Shown piece by piece: positions 1 to 14,403 of a DNA stretch of 64,000 nt. The notes beneath the pieces were generated by a model. It made no database searches. It saw nothing but the letters and a program-made list of their open reading frames with translations, and was not told where the DNA came from. The stretch covers positions 61,876,001 to 61,940,000 of the forward strand of contig OX597818.1 of assembly GCA_951406725.2 (NCBI GenBank). The letters run 5' to 3'. A program made the position numbers and the translations under genes. The stretch is from Octopus vulgaris. Taxonomy: Eukaryota. The stretch's first letter is position 1, and every line of letters begins with the position of its first letter.

Positions 1-863
1 CAATTAATTCAGGCCTTATGCCTCTCCTAGAAGCTATTTTGTAATGTATCGTGATCATAAGTCCATACCTTCAACCTGCTTTTGGTTCCACATTGGAACA
101 ATTTCAATTAATTTCTCATTTCTTATCTTTTATAAATCTGAAACTTGATTATATTTTATAAAGAAAATCATTTTGCTTCCTTGCAATATATTTATTGGCA
201 AAATAACCACTGATGTCTCAACTCATTCCCTGGCAATTTAATTTTCTACCTGTAAGAAATAACATCATTTGACAAAAATCAGCGAAGGAGCTTCTCTTCT
301 TGACCTTTAGAAATGGGTGCCAAACCTCTCTCAAATCACACCTTATTGTCTTAAAAAATGATAAAAAGAATAAAGAAAACCACAGACAATACAGGCTGTG
401 TGAATGTGTGAATGTCTGTGTTAGTTTGTGTGTGTGTATGTATGTAAATATATATTCATATATATATATGTGTGTGTGTGTGCATATGTATGTATGTGAA
501 CATGTGTGTGTGTGTGTGTGTGAATATATATATATATGTATATATATATTTGCGTATGAGTATATGTGTGTATGTGTGTATATGTACATATGTGAATATA
601 TAGCTGCGTGTGTGTGCATGTGTGTGTAGGTGAATATATATAAGTGTGTGTGTGTGTGTAAATATATATATATATATGTGTGTGTATGTAAATATATATA
701 TTTTTATGTGTAGGTTGTATATGGGAGTGAGATGTATGGGGACAGGAGAGGTCTGGGTAATAACACATCTGAACATAGATTTGTTTAATCAGACTTGACC
801 TGGGGCTTAATAACAACCATAATAATAATAACAATAATAATAATAATGATAACAATAATAATG

Positions 864-909
<46 letters not shown>

Positions 910-1467
910 TAATAATAATAATAGCAACAAATATATTACAGAAACCTCCGTCCTGTGCCAACAATATAGTGAAGGAGTTACGAGTGATTTAGTAAATATG
1001 TTTTAATAATAATCTTAGAGGAGCGAAGAGGCAGAAGATTAACCAGGGATAAGGAAATGTCCTTCGCACTTTTATCGGTGGCTTGAGGTGAGAAGAAGAA
1101 AATAATTTGGCCAAACGACAAGAGATGGCTATCACAATTCATTTTAGTGCTATATTTGGAAGAAGAAGAAGAAGAAAAAAAATGATGAAGTAAAAGAAAA
1201 TTCTATTTAACAATGGCTTTTTTCCATTTGTTTTTCCTGTTTAAATGGTTTATTTATCAAATCTTGAGCCTAGCGGAGGTCAGCATCTAATTGAAAATAA
1301 AATTTAAAAAATATATATACTAAATAAAGGTAATGCTTATTATTGCTGGTTTTATTGCTGATGTTGCTGTTGTTGTTGTTATTGTTTTTGCCCTTCAACA
1401 CACACTCCTCCCACTCTATGCCCATTGAAAAAAAGAAACAAAAAAAGAAACAAAAAACAAACAAAAT

Positions 1468-1680
1468 AGGCGCAGGAGTGGCTGTGTGGTAAGTAGCATT
1501 GCTGGTGTGTTTATGTCCCCGTTACTTAGCGGTTCGGCAAAAGAGACCGATAGAATAAGTACTGCGCTTACAAAAGAATAAGTCCCGGGGTCGAGTTGTT
1601 CGATTAAAAAAGGCAGTGCTCCAGCACGGCCGCAGTCAAATGACTGAAACAAGTAAAGGAGTAAAAGAGAGTAAAGAGTA
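1468..1680 (+). mobile_element. tRNA-derived SINE family A (CORE/OR-type), internally deleted copy
   Basis: Head ggcgcaggagtggctgtgtggtaagtagc is joined directly to the 3' half (gctggtgtgtttatgtccccg...gcagtcaaatgactgaaacaagtaaaggag). An older copy follows at ~1710-2145. Confidence 0.8.
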
Positions 1681-2199
1681 AAATAAAGACTTGTGCAAGT
1701 TATCGGTACAAGCATGGCTGTGTGGTTGAGAAGCTTGCTTTGTGACTGTGTGGTTCTGGGTTCAGTCCCACTGCATGGCATCTTGGGCCAGTGTCTTCTA
1801 CTAGAAAGTCCCAGGTTGACCAATGCCTTGGGAGTGAATCTGGTCAATGCAAACTGTGTGGAAGCTCACTGTGTGTGTGTGTGTGTATGCACACACACAC
1901 ATATAGGGGGGGGGTGATGTGTGTGTGTTTTACCTCATCTGCCATATCACTACTTGATAACCAATATTGGTTTGTTTATGTCCATGTAACTTAGCAGTTT
2001 AGCAAATAAGACCCATGAAATAAGTATTAAAACATTAAAAAAAAGAAATAAACAAAACCTAAGTACTGGGGTTGATTTTTTCCCCTAAAACCTATCTCAG
2101 TGGTACCCCAGCATGGCCACAGTCCAACAAGTAAAAGATAAAATTCCATGAGCTATGAATTTGAGAATTACTAGTTTTAAATCTCCTTACTAGCACTTG

Positions 2200-2512
2200 T
2201 GCTGGTGGCATGTGAACATTCGAGCGATGTCGTCGCCAGTGCCGCTGGACTGGCTCCTGTGCAGGTGGCACATAAAAGGCACCATTTGGGCGTGGCTGTT
2301 GCCAGTACCACCAAACTGGCCCTCGTGTCAGTGGGACGTAAAAGCACCCACTACACTCTGAGAGTGGTTTGCGTTAGGAAGGGCATCCAGCTGAAGAAAC
2401 TCTGCCAGATCAAGATTGCAGGCTGGTGCAGCCATCTGGTTCGCCAGTCCTCAGTCAAATCGTCCAACCCATGCTAGCGTGGAAAGCGGACGTTAAATGA
2501 TGATGATGATGA
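2200..2512 (+). mobile_element. 3' part of a retroposon ending in (GAT)n (probably RTE-mobilised SINE)
   Basis: gcgttaggaagggcatccagctg...ccaacccatgctagcgtggaaagcggacgttaaatgatgatgat; the same 3' end recurs at ~17050-17140, 21545-21610, 23700-23830 and 40700-40738. Confidence 0.65.
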
Positions 2513-3044
2513 CGAGAGATATTCAGCAACAGTACTTTGGAGTAAAGATGGCAGTCCTAGTTTAGGACTAATGTTGCTGTAATTTAGCCCCAGGAGACAT
2601 CATCTCCAGCTGGCTATATGACATGATCTGTGTCCTTATATTTTTGAACTCAGCTCAAAACAATATCTGTGTATCGCAACTTCCTAGTTATTTACTCTAT
2701 GAATTTGACTTTCTAAATCTTGCAACTTAGAAATTTATTACGTAAAAACAATCTGAAATTTATTACGTAAAAAAAATCTGAAAAATTAAGAAAGAGAGCA
2801 GCATAAATTTTTATGAAGTCTGCTTAAGAAATAGCATTTGTTATAATTGAAAAAACTAGGTTAAATTTTCTTTATAAAAATAACCACGAGGAAGGAAAAG
2901 AAAGAGAGAAACAGTTTTTGATATTTGGTCGTAGAGAGTGAAAGTAGCAGTGGCAGAAGCGTTGGGGATGGTAGTGGAATCATTAGTAACAGACTTATAT
3001 AGATAAACAGCATTATTATCTGATACTAGTTAGAGCGTGTGACT

Positions 3045-3094
<50 letters not shown>

Positions 3095-3814
3095 TACTAA
3101 ATAACAAAGAACCAGCATATATGTTCTTCATCTTGTTCTCACTGGTTTCAAGAAATCCACAATGCACCGTATGTCTGCAAATGCATGTGTTTTTGTGGAA
3201 CCATGTTTTTGAAGACAATCATAGCAGTAGTTCTTTAGTAGTAAACAAGTCAGATTTTTCTAGTTCAAAAATGAGAACTGGACATTGTAAACAAAAGACG
3301 ACATCACAGAATCAGTCTTAAATAAACTCTGCTACTTTGCCTCGGTGTAAATAACTACACGTTTTTTATTTTATTTTATTTTATTTTATTCTATTTTATT
3401 TTATTTTTTTCTTTAGGTTTTCCCATGGTAAAAATCTTCTTTTTAAATCCCCCCCTCTCCTTTTTTTTTTTCTTGCAACAAAACTTCCTTACTGGCTTTG
3501 ATTAACATCCAACAATATAATGAAAATTGATAAACAACATCCAAAAATAAATGATTATTCAAACAAATATAAATACTTCATAATAATAATAATGATAATA
3601 ATGATAATAATAATGATTACAAAAATGAAAAAGAAATAAAATTTTAGAAATTGAAAAATTAAATTCTAAAGCTAACTAAATTATGAATTATTTATTTATA
3701 TTTATATATTTTTTGTGTTCTTTAATCCACAATATTTGTATCAATAACAGTATAATTTTAAATAAAAGTACATCATCAAGCTACCTCTTCTTACTGCTGC
3801 TCCTCCTCATTATA

Positions 3815-3852
<38 letters not shown>

Positions 3853-4045
3853 CATTGTTATAATGGAGTGGAGGTTACTAATTTTGAAGCAAACAGATTG
3901 AAATAGAAGTAGTTCTTACATTGAGAATAAAAAATAAAAAAATCTGCTTTTAAGTGGTTAGAAAGAGAAAAATAAAAATTGAATTACAAATAATTGTTTT
4001 CATTATTGAGAAAAAATTAATGTGCATATTCACACACACACTATA

Positions 4046-4082
<37 letters not shown>

Positions 4083-5648
4083 ATATAATATATGCATATA
4101 TATATAAATATATATATATTTCTTGTATATGTATACATGAGTGTATATATGTATATGTGCATGTGTGTATATGTATGTGTGTATGTGTACATATGTGTGT
4201 TTGTGTGTATGTGTATATATGTATGTGTATGTATGTGCTCGCAGAGAGACAGACAATATAAAGCACTAAGTTAACTGCTAGACTTTAACCAACAGAAGTT
4301 GTTTATCAAATTACAAATCAAAACGAACATTCTAAGAAGAAACAAATGGCAGAGTTTTGAGTGATTATAATCAAGCAATAAGCACTATTTCTAGCCATCT
4401 TATGATAACACCTAACAACAAGGGGACAGGCTACTATTACTTCCTTTGCTGCTAGAGAGCAAAAATACAAATCTATAAAGTTATCCACCCCTAGGGTCTA
4501 TTTTGTTCCAAGAGTTAGAATTTTTGAAGGAAAACAGAGAACGCCATCGCTCTCATTGTTTTAATTTTCAAGCCAAAACTGAAATTGAATAACAAAATTC
4601 TTAAGACAAGTATAATAGAATATTTGCCTTGACAAAGAGTTTTTTGTTCTTGAAAATATAAAGTGTTTTGAATAATTTAAACAGCGAGGAAAAAGAAAGA
4701 CCTACCAACTTCAAATAGTTTTTATAATGTAAAGAATTTGATATAGTTTTGATAAGTTTTACTGTAATGCTTTATTTTTGTTTCAAGTTTATTTATTTTA
4801 TTTAGTTCTTCTTGAAATGACACTTGAGAAAGAAGGAAAATATGATGGCTATGTGTATAACAGAAGCCTATAAAATATGAACTCGATAATACCATATATT
4901 GCGAGTTTCTTTCTCTTCCCCTTCACACCTTCCATTTGCAACGCTATATAAAAAATGGCTTGTCAAAAAGGAAAATATAGAATATATAAAATTTATCACA
5001 AATAAAGATTGTAGTCAAGCTATGGACTGACTTCAGAAAATAATTTTGACAAGGAAGAAATGTCTGAGGAAAATCCTACATTTGTTAAAAAAAAAAAAAA
5101 ATGGTTTTTGTAATTTTTAAAATTTTTTGTATTTTTTGTTAGCTTTTTTTCTTCTTCCTATTTTGTTATTCATTGCAAGAGACAGTTCATAACTTTGAAA
5201 TAACACATTGTTGCATTATCTTAAAAATGCTTTTGGATTTAATGCATAAAATATAACTTTGTGCTTGTCAAGCAGGTGTGATGTTGGAAATGAAGCTTCA
5301 TGTATGAACGGCAGCAAATATTTGGCTTAGATACATTTTGGTTAACGGAAACTGCCAAAGCGTGAAGAAGATAATGAGTAAATTAAGGAGATGCAGGAAA
5401 TGAACTTTGGATTAGAATTTACCAAACCAAAGACTTCCTAAAATGCTCATAAGAATCCATCAAGGCAGAGCTGTGTGGTAAGAAGTTTGCTTCCCAACTA
5501 TATGGTTCCGGGTTCAGTCCCACAGTGTGGTGCCTTGGGCAAGTATCTTCTACTATAATCCCAGACCGACCAAAGCTTTGTGGGTGGATTTGGCAGATGG
5601 ATACTGAAAGAAGCCTACCGTATATAAACATGCGTGATTGTTGTAAAG

Positions 5649-6160
5649 CATAGGTTCTCAAAGTGGGTGCTACTGCCCCCTGGTGGGTGTTGAGACAGTC
5701 CAGGTGGGCGCTAGTGCCTAAATGGGGTAGTAGAGAAAAAGGAGGCATTGGGAGGAAGGCAGTGGACTGGGGGATGCTACGCCGGGCAAAGTGCCTAGTG
5801 GCATTTCATCTGCCGTTACATTCTGAGTTCAAATTACGCCGAGGTCAACTTTGCATTTCATCGTTTCGAGGTCGATTAAATAAATACCAGTTATGCACTG
5901 GAATTGATGTTATCGACTTAATCCCTTTGTCTGTCCTTGTTTATCACCTCTGCGTTTAGCCCCACTGTGGGCAATAAAGAAATAAATTATAATATTATAG
6001 TATTGTATACAAATTATATAATATTATATTAAATATCAAATGATTCATTGTATATATAAATTAGTAAAATATGAAATATTTATCTATACATAAAAATGGG
6101 TGCTAAGGGTATTATGTGACCATGAGGTGGACAGTGGCCCAAAAAGTTTGAGAACCTCTG
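5649..6160. mobile_element. Non-autonomous hAT-type (Charlie/MER5-like) MITE with a nested SINE B
   Basis: 14-bp TIRs cataggttctcaaa / tttgagaacctctg (1 mismatch); perfect 8-bp TSD ttgtaaag at 5641-5648 and 6161-6168; SINE B inserted at ~5775-5985. Confidence 0.85.
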
Positions 6161-6871
6161 TTGTAAAGGAATGACATTCATTTTTTCTTTCTTCTATAGA
6201 AACATATCTCAGGACTCACCATTCTCTTTTTTGTTAAACTATGAAATATCCCAAGTAACAGTATTTTATGTGTCCTTCCCTTTTTAAAGACTGTAACAGT
6301 GTGATGTGAGGGAGATTTGGTCGCTATTTCTAGCAGGTTGAGCAACCCTGTAGAGGCTCCTTTGTACTTACATGCTGATCAAAAAGAAATTCAAAATTAA
6401 TTTTCTTAAATGTAATGCTTTTTTATTCACATTGTTTTGAGTTGATCCTGCATTTTCTTGTAGATATGAAATTTTGATGCAATTGTGTATCTTTTAGGAT
6501 GACATTGAAGGGTAAGTGTGATAAGTTGGATTTGGCTGGCTCCACCCTAAAATAGGTCGAACATTTGGGTCAGATATGGTCAGTTTAAATGCTAACAGGT
6601 TGAATAACTCCATCTGATCAACAAAACAGCCTCTCTCTCCATCTGTATACACACACACACATAGACTCACATAAATATACATATATACTCACACACACAT
6701 ATACACACACATATATATATATACATATACACACACACACGTATATATATATATACATATACACACACACATATATATACATATACACACACACACATAT
6801 ACATATACACACATACATATATGTATACATACACACACACACATATATATATAGACACACACACACAGACT

Positions 6872-6938
<67 letters not shown>

Positions 6939-8662
6939 CCCTCTTTTTCTCACCTTCTTCCTCTGCTTGTCTGTGTCTCCTCTCTTTCTCTCTCTTTCCC
7001 TCTTTTTCCTTCTCTCTCTCTCCTGCCAATCTGTGTCTCTCCCTCTGGCTATCTCTCAATGTCTCCCATTAAATCTTTCTCTCCTCTCCTTTCCCGCCAC
7101 CACCTACTACCAAGTAACAACAGGAACCAAAGATCTTTTTTAATAACCTCTCCAAAAGAACAGTCTAGAACCCTTCAATGCAATACAATTTCCTGGCTGC
7201 TCCATCAACAATGACAAACTCCAACCACTCCACACTCAAAGCGATTCACACAAATTCCTACAAACCATATTTTGACGGGGTTTTGCTTTTTGTTCTTTTG
7301 TTCAAAAAAATCTGATAACTGTTGCTATGACTACTTTCCTAACCAAGATGGCTGCTGCTGTTGTTCTTCAGCTCCAAGTAAACCCTCATTTAATATACCT
7401 GAGATCAAGGATGAAGATAACTGCCTTGTGAGCAACATCTGTAATTCGCTAATTATTTTTTAATTGCAATTAATTTTTACCTACATAATACTTAAAAAAA
7501 TCTTAATGATTACAGCTAAGCCAGTTACCCACCTGTTTCCTGTTTACCTGTTGCAGAATCTCGCTCCGGTGTATCTCTTATCTTGTACTTGTTTCAGTCA
7601 TTAGACTGTGGCCATGCTGGGGCACTGCCTTGAGGAATTTTATTTGAATGAATCAATGTCTGTACTTATCTTTTACTAAAGTTTGGCTCTTATTCTATAT
7701 ATCGCTTTTTGCTGATGTAAACTCACCAACATTGGTTGGGGGAGACACACACACACACACACACACACAGGGCTATAGTAGACATCAGAAACCAGTGGCA
7801 TCAACTTGCTGTCTAATGTGCTTGAGAGCTCTTGACCCCAGCCACTGTTTCTGATGAAGAAAGAGAGGGGGAAGAAGAAGAATCAACCCCAAAAGTGTAC
7901 AGGTCCTTTATTTACACCCCCCACCCCAAAATATATAAAACGTAAAGTTGTTTAACCCCAGGAAACATCATTTCCAGCTGGCTATACGACACAATATCTG
8001 TGTCCTTGTATTTTCGAACAGGGTGTCCAGCACTCTCACCCATTGATTTTGCAGTTACTAATAAATTAAATAGTTAAAACCAAAACATTCACATCAAATT
8101 AATGAGGGACTTTCCATACGGTGGCCCAAGCTCCTAGAAATAGCAGTCTAATTTTCCTTACATTATATCCTACTGTCTAATACAGAAGAAAAAGAAAACA
8201 TTGGTTGATATGGTTCTGTATTTACAAAAAGAGGATATGGGCATAACTGGAGTGTCTTTCATCAAAGTCTAGTCAACCAGGTGTGACTAGGTTCTTAACA
8301 ACTACCATCACATGTTCAGTTGCCATATTGTCTCTTTTGGCTTGTAATAAATGACACACATTGTGAGAAGCCAACTGTTTCAAGCTGTGTGTGTATGTGT
8401 GTGTGTGTATGTGTGTATAAAGGGTGGTGGTGGTATACAATTCATTGAGTTAATCTATACAGATGTAAATTTTCAAAATTAGTTTCAATTTGAAGGATTC
8501 TTAAAAAAAGTTTTTGTTAAACTTCTAAATTATATTCAGGCACCTGTAGCATTGTGATTAATCAGAAATAATCTGTAGTCATGCGTAACCAATTATGCAT
8601 ACATACAAACATAGATATATATACGTACATACAAGCATGCATATGTACGTACATACATATAC

Positions 8663-9030
8663 CGTGGCACTCCGTCGGTTATGACAACGAGGGTTCCTGT
8701 TGATCCGATCAACGTAACAGTCTGCTTGTGAAATTAATGTGCAAGTGGCTGAGCACTCCACAGACACGTGTACCCTTAACGTAGTTCTCAGGGAGATTCA
8801 GTGTGACACAGAGTGTGACAAGGCTGGCCCCTTTGAAATACAGGTACAATAGAAACAGGAAAAAAGTTGTGGTGAAAGAGTACAGCAGGGTTCGCCACCA
8901 CCCCTGCAGGATCATTGTGGAGCTTTAGGAGTTTTTGCTCAATAAACACCCGCAACACCCGGTCTGGGAACCGAAACCATGACCCTACAACTGTGAGTCT
9001 GCTGCCCTAACCACTGGGCCATTGTGCCTC
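8663..9030 (-). mobile_element. tRNA-derived SINE family C
   Basis: Minus-strand head tggcccagtggttagggcagcagactc...ggtttcggttccc with A/B-box-like motifs; body shared with 13145-13390 and 47688-48008. Confidence 0.8.
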
Positions 9031-9034
9031 ATAT

Positions 9035-9081
<47 letters not shown>

Positions 9082-10044
9082 GATATTATATAGTAATAAA
9101 CCATGGTGTGATAGTGGGGTGTATGTAACTCATTGGTTATGGACCATATAAAATATTTAAAATATGCACATTTCTTTGTATTATATACTTGGTGACAGAT
9201 GATATCTGGTGATAGATGGCCGAGGATATCTGGAGATATAAAAGGTGGTGAATGGTGAGAATCATTAGCATGCTAGACAAAATGTCTAACAACATTCTGT
9301 TCATCTTCACCATTTCAGCCAGATCTGGCCCATCATACCTAACCCACAAGGTCACTCTAAAAAATAAACAAACTGCTAAAATCTTGATGTTACACGACAA
9401 CACATGATGGATTTAGAACTGTGAACAAATAAACATTACATTTGATAGAGGAATCCGAATGCTAAAGGGTTTAACTGATCCAGATTAAAACCTTCCACCA
9501 AACTTCCGTGTTATTTCATGCTTCAAACATCAGCTTAATAATGAAAGAATTATTTCAGTAAATTCTTCGTTATTTTCAAAACTAATTCCGATAAAAGCAG
9601 TGTATTCCAACTGGAATATACCAAAGGGGTTCTGCTAACTTACATCTTCCTCTACAGATATTTCTGTGTATGTAAACCAGAGTAGAATCTGATAACATAC
9701 TGCCACAGATAAAGCACAGTTAAGGGAGAAAAATGTTCATTGGAATCACATTTACATGAAGAATGGTATATTTAGCATGGAACTTAAAGTCATGAAAAGT
9801 AGTATTTATCTGCGAGATTATAAGAAATATATGCATTCTACAGAAGAAAATGGAGAGTACTTTTAGGTTTGTCCATAAAACCACTTTTACATTCTCTCTC
9901 TCTCTCTCTCTCTCCTCCTTTCTCTCTTTCTTTCTGTAGATACACACTCACACACAAATGGTATACATACATTTATAAATATACATAGACATACTCATAT
10001 ATACATATGCAAACAAATATATACATATGCAAACAAATATATAC

Positions 10045-10095
<51 letters not shown>

Positions 10096-11030
10096 CACGT
10101 GCACATATAGATAGACAGACAGATACATATATACACACATACACACACACACACACAGAATCACATACACATGCACACAAATATATATATACATTTGCAC
10201 ATATAGATGCACACATATACAAACACATACATATGCATAGACAGACAGACAAACACACACACACACACACACAATCGTTTACACATATGCACAAATGATG
10301 TTCACATAAATATAGAGTGATATATACATATACACACAAATATATACATGTGCACATACAGATGCACACATATACGAACACACACATATGCATAGACAGA
10401 CAGACAGACAGATACACACACACAATTACATACACATATGCACAAATGATATACACATAAATAGACTGATATATATATATACATATACACATGCACACGT
10501 ATATGAATACACACACATACATAGATAGACAGATACACACACACACACATAAATACATCTTCTACTTATAATGATCCATAAGATCTACACAAATTTCTTC
10601 CCATGGGGGGAACGCACAACTCAAGAATAATGATAAAAGTTTTGACAAATAATGCTGTAGTTGGTGATGAATCTAAAACCATTATGGGTCCATTTTCTGT
10701 GACTTGACCTGTTGTTTTGATTAGCAAAACTTTACTTTCGGCTACCAAGATGATGCTCACCTTGAATTTTCGCAGCATAGCTTTAGCGAGCTTCCATAAA
10801 TTTTCTTCAGTTGAAATCATCTTTACTAATCATAGTTTTTCTCCTCTGAGGATGAAACTAAAAGTGGTTTCTCTGTGAATAATGGTCACATTAAATGTAG
10901 TGAAGCATTAACCAATATTAGATATGGATATATAGCTGTCTTTTTTTTGTTTTGTTTTTCTTTTTCTTTTTTTCTTCCTCTCCACCCATCCTTGCTGCTT
11001 TTCTAATTCTCCATCTTTCTTTCCTTATAA

Positions 11031-11096
<66 letters not shown>

Positions 11097-11541
11097 CGTT
11101 ATTATTTTTATTACTATTATATATGTGAAGAAATAGGTGTATTGCATTGTATGTGGAAGTGTGAAGTGTAGAAACATCAGAGGCCAGTGTTATCGAAGAA
11201 CTAATATGACCTTGTATTTCTGAGCCAATCGGAAGTAAGACCAAACTTTATAGGAAAGCACAATTACATCAAGAGAAGAAGAAGCGTTGCTCTCTTGAAA
11301 GGGAACTGACCAATATCAGGCAGATATTGATTTCCTATTTGAGGATGCGGCACCGTTACCTTGGGGATAAAAGGGTAGAAACCAATGTTTATCGTCTTAA
11401 AATCAATTCCAGTGTATTACTGGTTGTATTAACTTTGGAGGAGTGAGTCACTAAGTTGACTAAATGGAGAATTGAACTGTAAGAGTTCATTCCCCAACCC
11501 ATGCATTAAACTAAATACTCACATCTGCACTTTATGGATAA

Positions 11542-11932
11542 CTAGCAGTATCGCCCGGCGTTGCTCGGGTTTGTTTCGACCCTTTAGAATTGGAATTTTT
11601 GAAAAGTAAACATTTTGCATTATGTAGCTTGTTATTCTCTTTAAGTAAACATTTTTCTGGTTGAAATACACCAAAAAATGGCGACACAGCAGTCAAAAAA
11701 TCGTAAAAAATAGGGATTTTCATAGGAAAAAAGCACCTTTTTGATGTAAAGAATTTTTGGTGTTAACATGGTCTGATTTGAAGTTTTCTTCTATGGAAGG
11801 AAGAGCAAGCATTCTTCTATCATACTCTAAATTTTGGTCAACTTGCACCACAGGGTCTCGGAGGAGATAGTGTTAGTTGAAAGCTACCAAACCTGCCATA
11901 CACAGACAACTTCAGCTTTATATAGAGAGAGA
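11542..11932 (-). mobile_element. Non-autonomous Helitron
   Basis: Minus strand starts a|TCtctctatataaag, has subterminal GC hairpin cccgagcaacgccggg, and ends ...tactgCTAG|t. Inserted between A and T with no TSD. Confidence 0.8.
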
Positions 11933-12155
11933 TTATGATAAATATTTGGATGGTGAAGTTAGAAACTAGTAAATAAAAATTCTAAAGAGAAATTCTTCAT
12001 ATAACATTTCACATGTGCAATAATGTGCAGCAACATATGCAACACTGCAGTTAATATATTCAGCAGTACAGGCAACACTATGAACAGCTATGAGTGCAGC
12101 AGTGTGTGCACCAATATGTGCAGCACTTTGGTGCAATATGGGCAGCACTGTGCAT

Positions 12156-12462
12156 AGGTGTAGGAGTGGCTGTGTGGTAAGTAGCTTGCTTACTAACCAC
12201 ATGGTTCCAGGTTCAGTCCCACTGTGTGGCACCTTGGGCAAGTGTCTTCTACTATAGTCTTGGGGCGACCAAAGCCTTGTGAGTGGATTTGGTAGACGGA
12301 AACTGAAAGAAGCCCATCATATATATGTATATATATACATATACACATTTACATTTGTATATATATACATATACATATGTATATATATACACATATACAT
12401 ATGTATATATATACATACATATACATTTGTATATATATACATATACATATATACATATACAT

Positions 12463-12521
<59 letters not shown>

Positions 12522-12795
12522 TACATATGTATATATATATATATACATACATATATATATATGTATGTATATGTGTGTATATGCTTGTGTCTGTGTTTGT
12601 GCCCCCAATATCACTTGACAACTGATGCTGGTGTGTTTACGTCCCTGTAACTTAGCAGGTTGGCAAAAGGGACCGATACAATAAGTACTAGGCTTACAAA
12701 GAATAATTCCTGGGGTCGATTTGCTCAACTAAAGGTGGTGCTCCAGCATGGCCACACTCAAATGATTGAAACAAGTAAAAGAGTAAAAGAGCAAG
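12156..12795 (+). mobile_element. SINE family A, full length with ~270-bp internal TA/CA expansion
   Basis: tRNA-like head, MIR/CORE-like ccttgggcaagt segment, internal microsatellite, tail gaaacaagtaaaagagtaaaagag. Confidence 0.85.
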
Positions 12796-13144
12796 AGTAG
12801 TAATATGTGCAATAATATTGCAGTAATGTGCAAAAACATGCACAGAAATATGTGCATCTCTTTGACCAAATGCATTTTTGCCCAAAATCACATTGTTTGA
12901 AGTTCTGTAAGTGAAACTGGGGTGGATAACAGCGGAGATTGTATGGAAGCCTGTCAAAGGATGGGTGAGGGTTTCTTGTTTTTACCAGTCTCAGAGAATA
13001 AGCAAATATTATGGACATTTGCTTTAGTCTTAAAAAGAAACAACCACAGCAACAAGACCATGTCTTACACTAATTCACCAAATGACGAAGGTCACACATT
13101 TAATTAGTTTGTAAAAGGTAAACTGTGCAAAGTAAACTAGTATT

Positions 13145-13765
13145 CTGGTCGCTATGACAACAAGCATTCCTGTTGATCTGATCAACAGAACAGCCTGCTC
13201 GTGTAATTAACATGGAAGTGGCTGAGTACTCCACAGACATGCATATTCGTAATGTAGTTCTCAGAGTGGTTCAGTGTCACACAGAATGTGATAAGGTCAG
13301 CCCTTTGTAATTACAGGTACAACTAAATATATTACCTGCTGAGTGGACTGGATCATTGTGAAGTAAAGTGTCTTGCTCAAGGATACAATGAGATGCTGTG
13401 TATTATGACTATGAGGAGGATACTCTAATAACAAAGCCATGCACTGCTAGGAATTGAACTCTCAACCTTGTGATTACAAGGAGAATACCCCAACCACAAA
13501 GCCATGCACTGCTGGGAATTGAACTCCCGATCTAGTGATCATGAGGAGGATAGCCTAACCACAAAGTCATGTACTGCTGGGAATTGAACTCCCAACCTTG
13601 TGATCATGAGGAGGATACCCTAACCACAAAGCCATGCACTGCTGGGAATTGAACTCCCGATCTAGTGATCATGAGGAGGATAGCCTAACCACAAAATCAT
13701 GCACTGTTGGGAATTGAACTCCCAACCTTGTGATCACAAGGAGGATACCCTAACCACAACGCCAT
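13145..13765 (-). mobile_element. SINE family C with a tandemly amplified tRNA-like head (5 x 65 bp)
   Basis: gaattgaact recurs at 13451, 13516, 13581, 13646 and 13711; each unit on the minus strand carries A-box-like tggctttgtgg and B-box-like gagttcaattcc. Confidence 0.8.
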
Positions 13766-14319
13766 GTGCTTTCTCACAAAACCAACTCCTTCTCAGAAAC
13801 ACAACTGAAAATTAATGGAAAAGTTTGTAGGAAACTCTGTCTAACATTCTCTTCAAAATATGAAGTTTTCATGCATAAAGCCAAATCAGAGAGTGAATGG
13901 GGGGAAGGAAAACTCACCACTGTGAAATATGGAAGGAAATGTTTTGTTTGGAGCAATATTTTAACAAAACACAAAATAATATTCACTGAAGCAGAACTGT
14001 TTTTTTTTTTTGCAGTGAAATTTGTGCAAATTCTTTCAATAAGAATTTCAAAACTTGTTACGAATGTAATAACACTGGTTAGAAATGTTATTTGGAGATA
14101 TGTGCAAAATCCTTTGTGTCTTAACTTTATTTTAACAATACACAGACGAATAAACATGGGAGGTATTTCAACCGTGTTTCACTTTTGGTGACAAATATAC
14201 ATCTTGCAAGCTTTCGTGTTTACCTGTACAGCAAACATGCTCAATGGGAGACACAAACTTCATATGTATTGATTAGCGTCTGGGTTCCATGCTGGCATGG
14301 GATATATATATGTGTGTGT

Positions 14320-14403
14320 GTTCCTGAGCGTCCAATAATACTTTATTTGTTCCACGTCCTCGCGTTGTTGTGTTTTTTTGTGTTTTCTTGTTTGGATTAA
14401 CTT
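14320..14403 (+). mobile_element. 3' tail of the hammerhead-bearing element seen at 59590-59793 (truncated, no ribozyme)
   Basis: ttcctgagcgtccaataa...ccacgtcctcgcgttgttgtg...tggattaactttatata matches 59707-59795; flanked by TG/TA repeats. Confidence 0.75.

Noticed and set aside
7845-7900. ctgatgaag as a hammerhead start
   Set aside because: No stem II or GAAA partner follows.
13432-13765. CRISPR-like regular array
   Set aside because: There are no unique spacers; whole units are repeated and derive from a SINE head in eukaryotic DNA.
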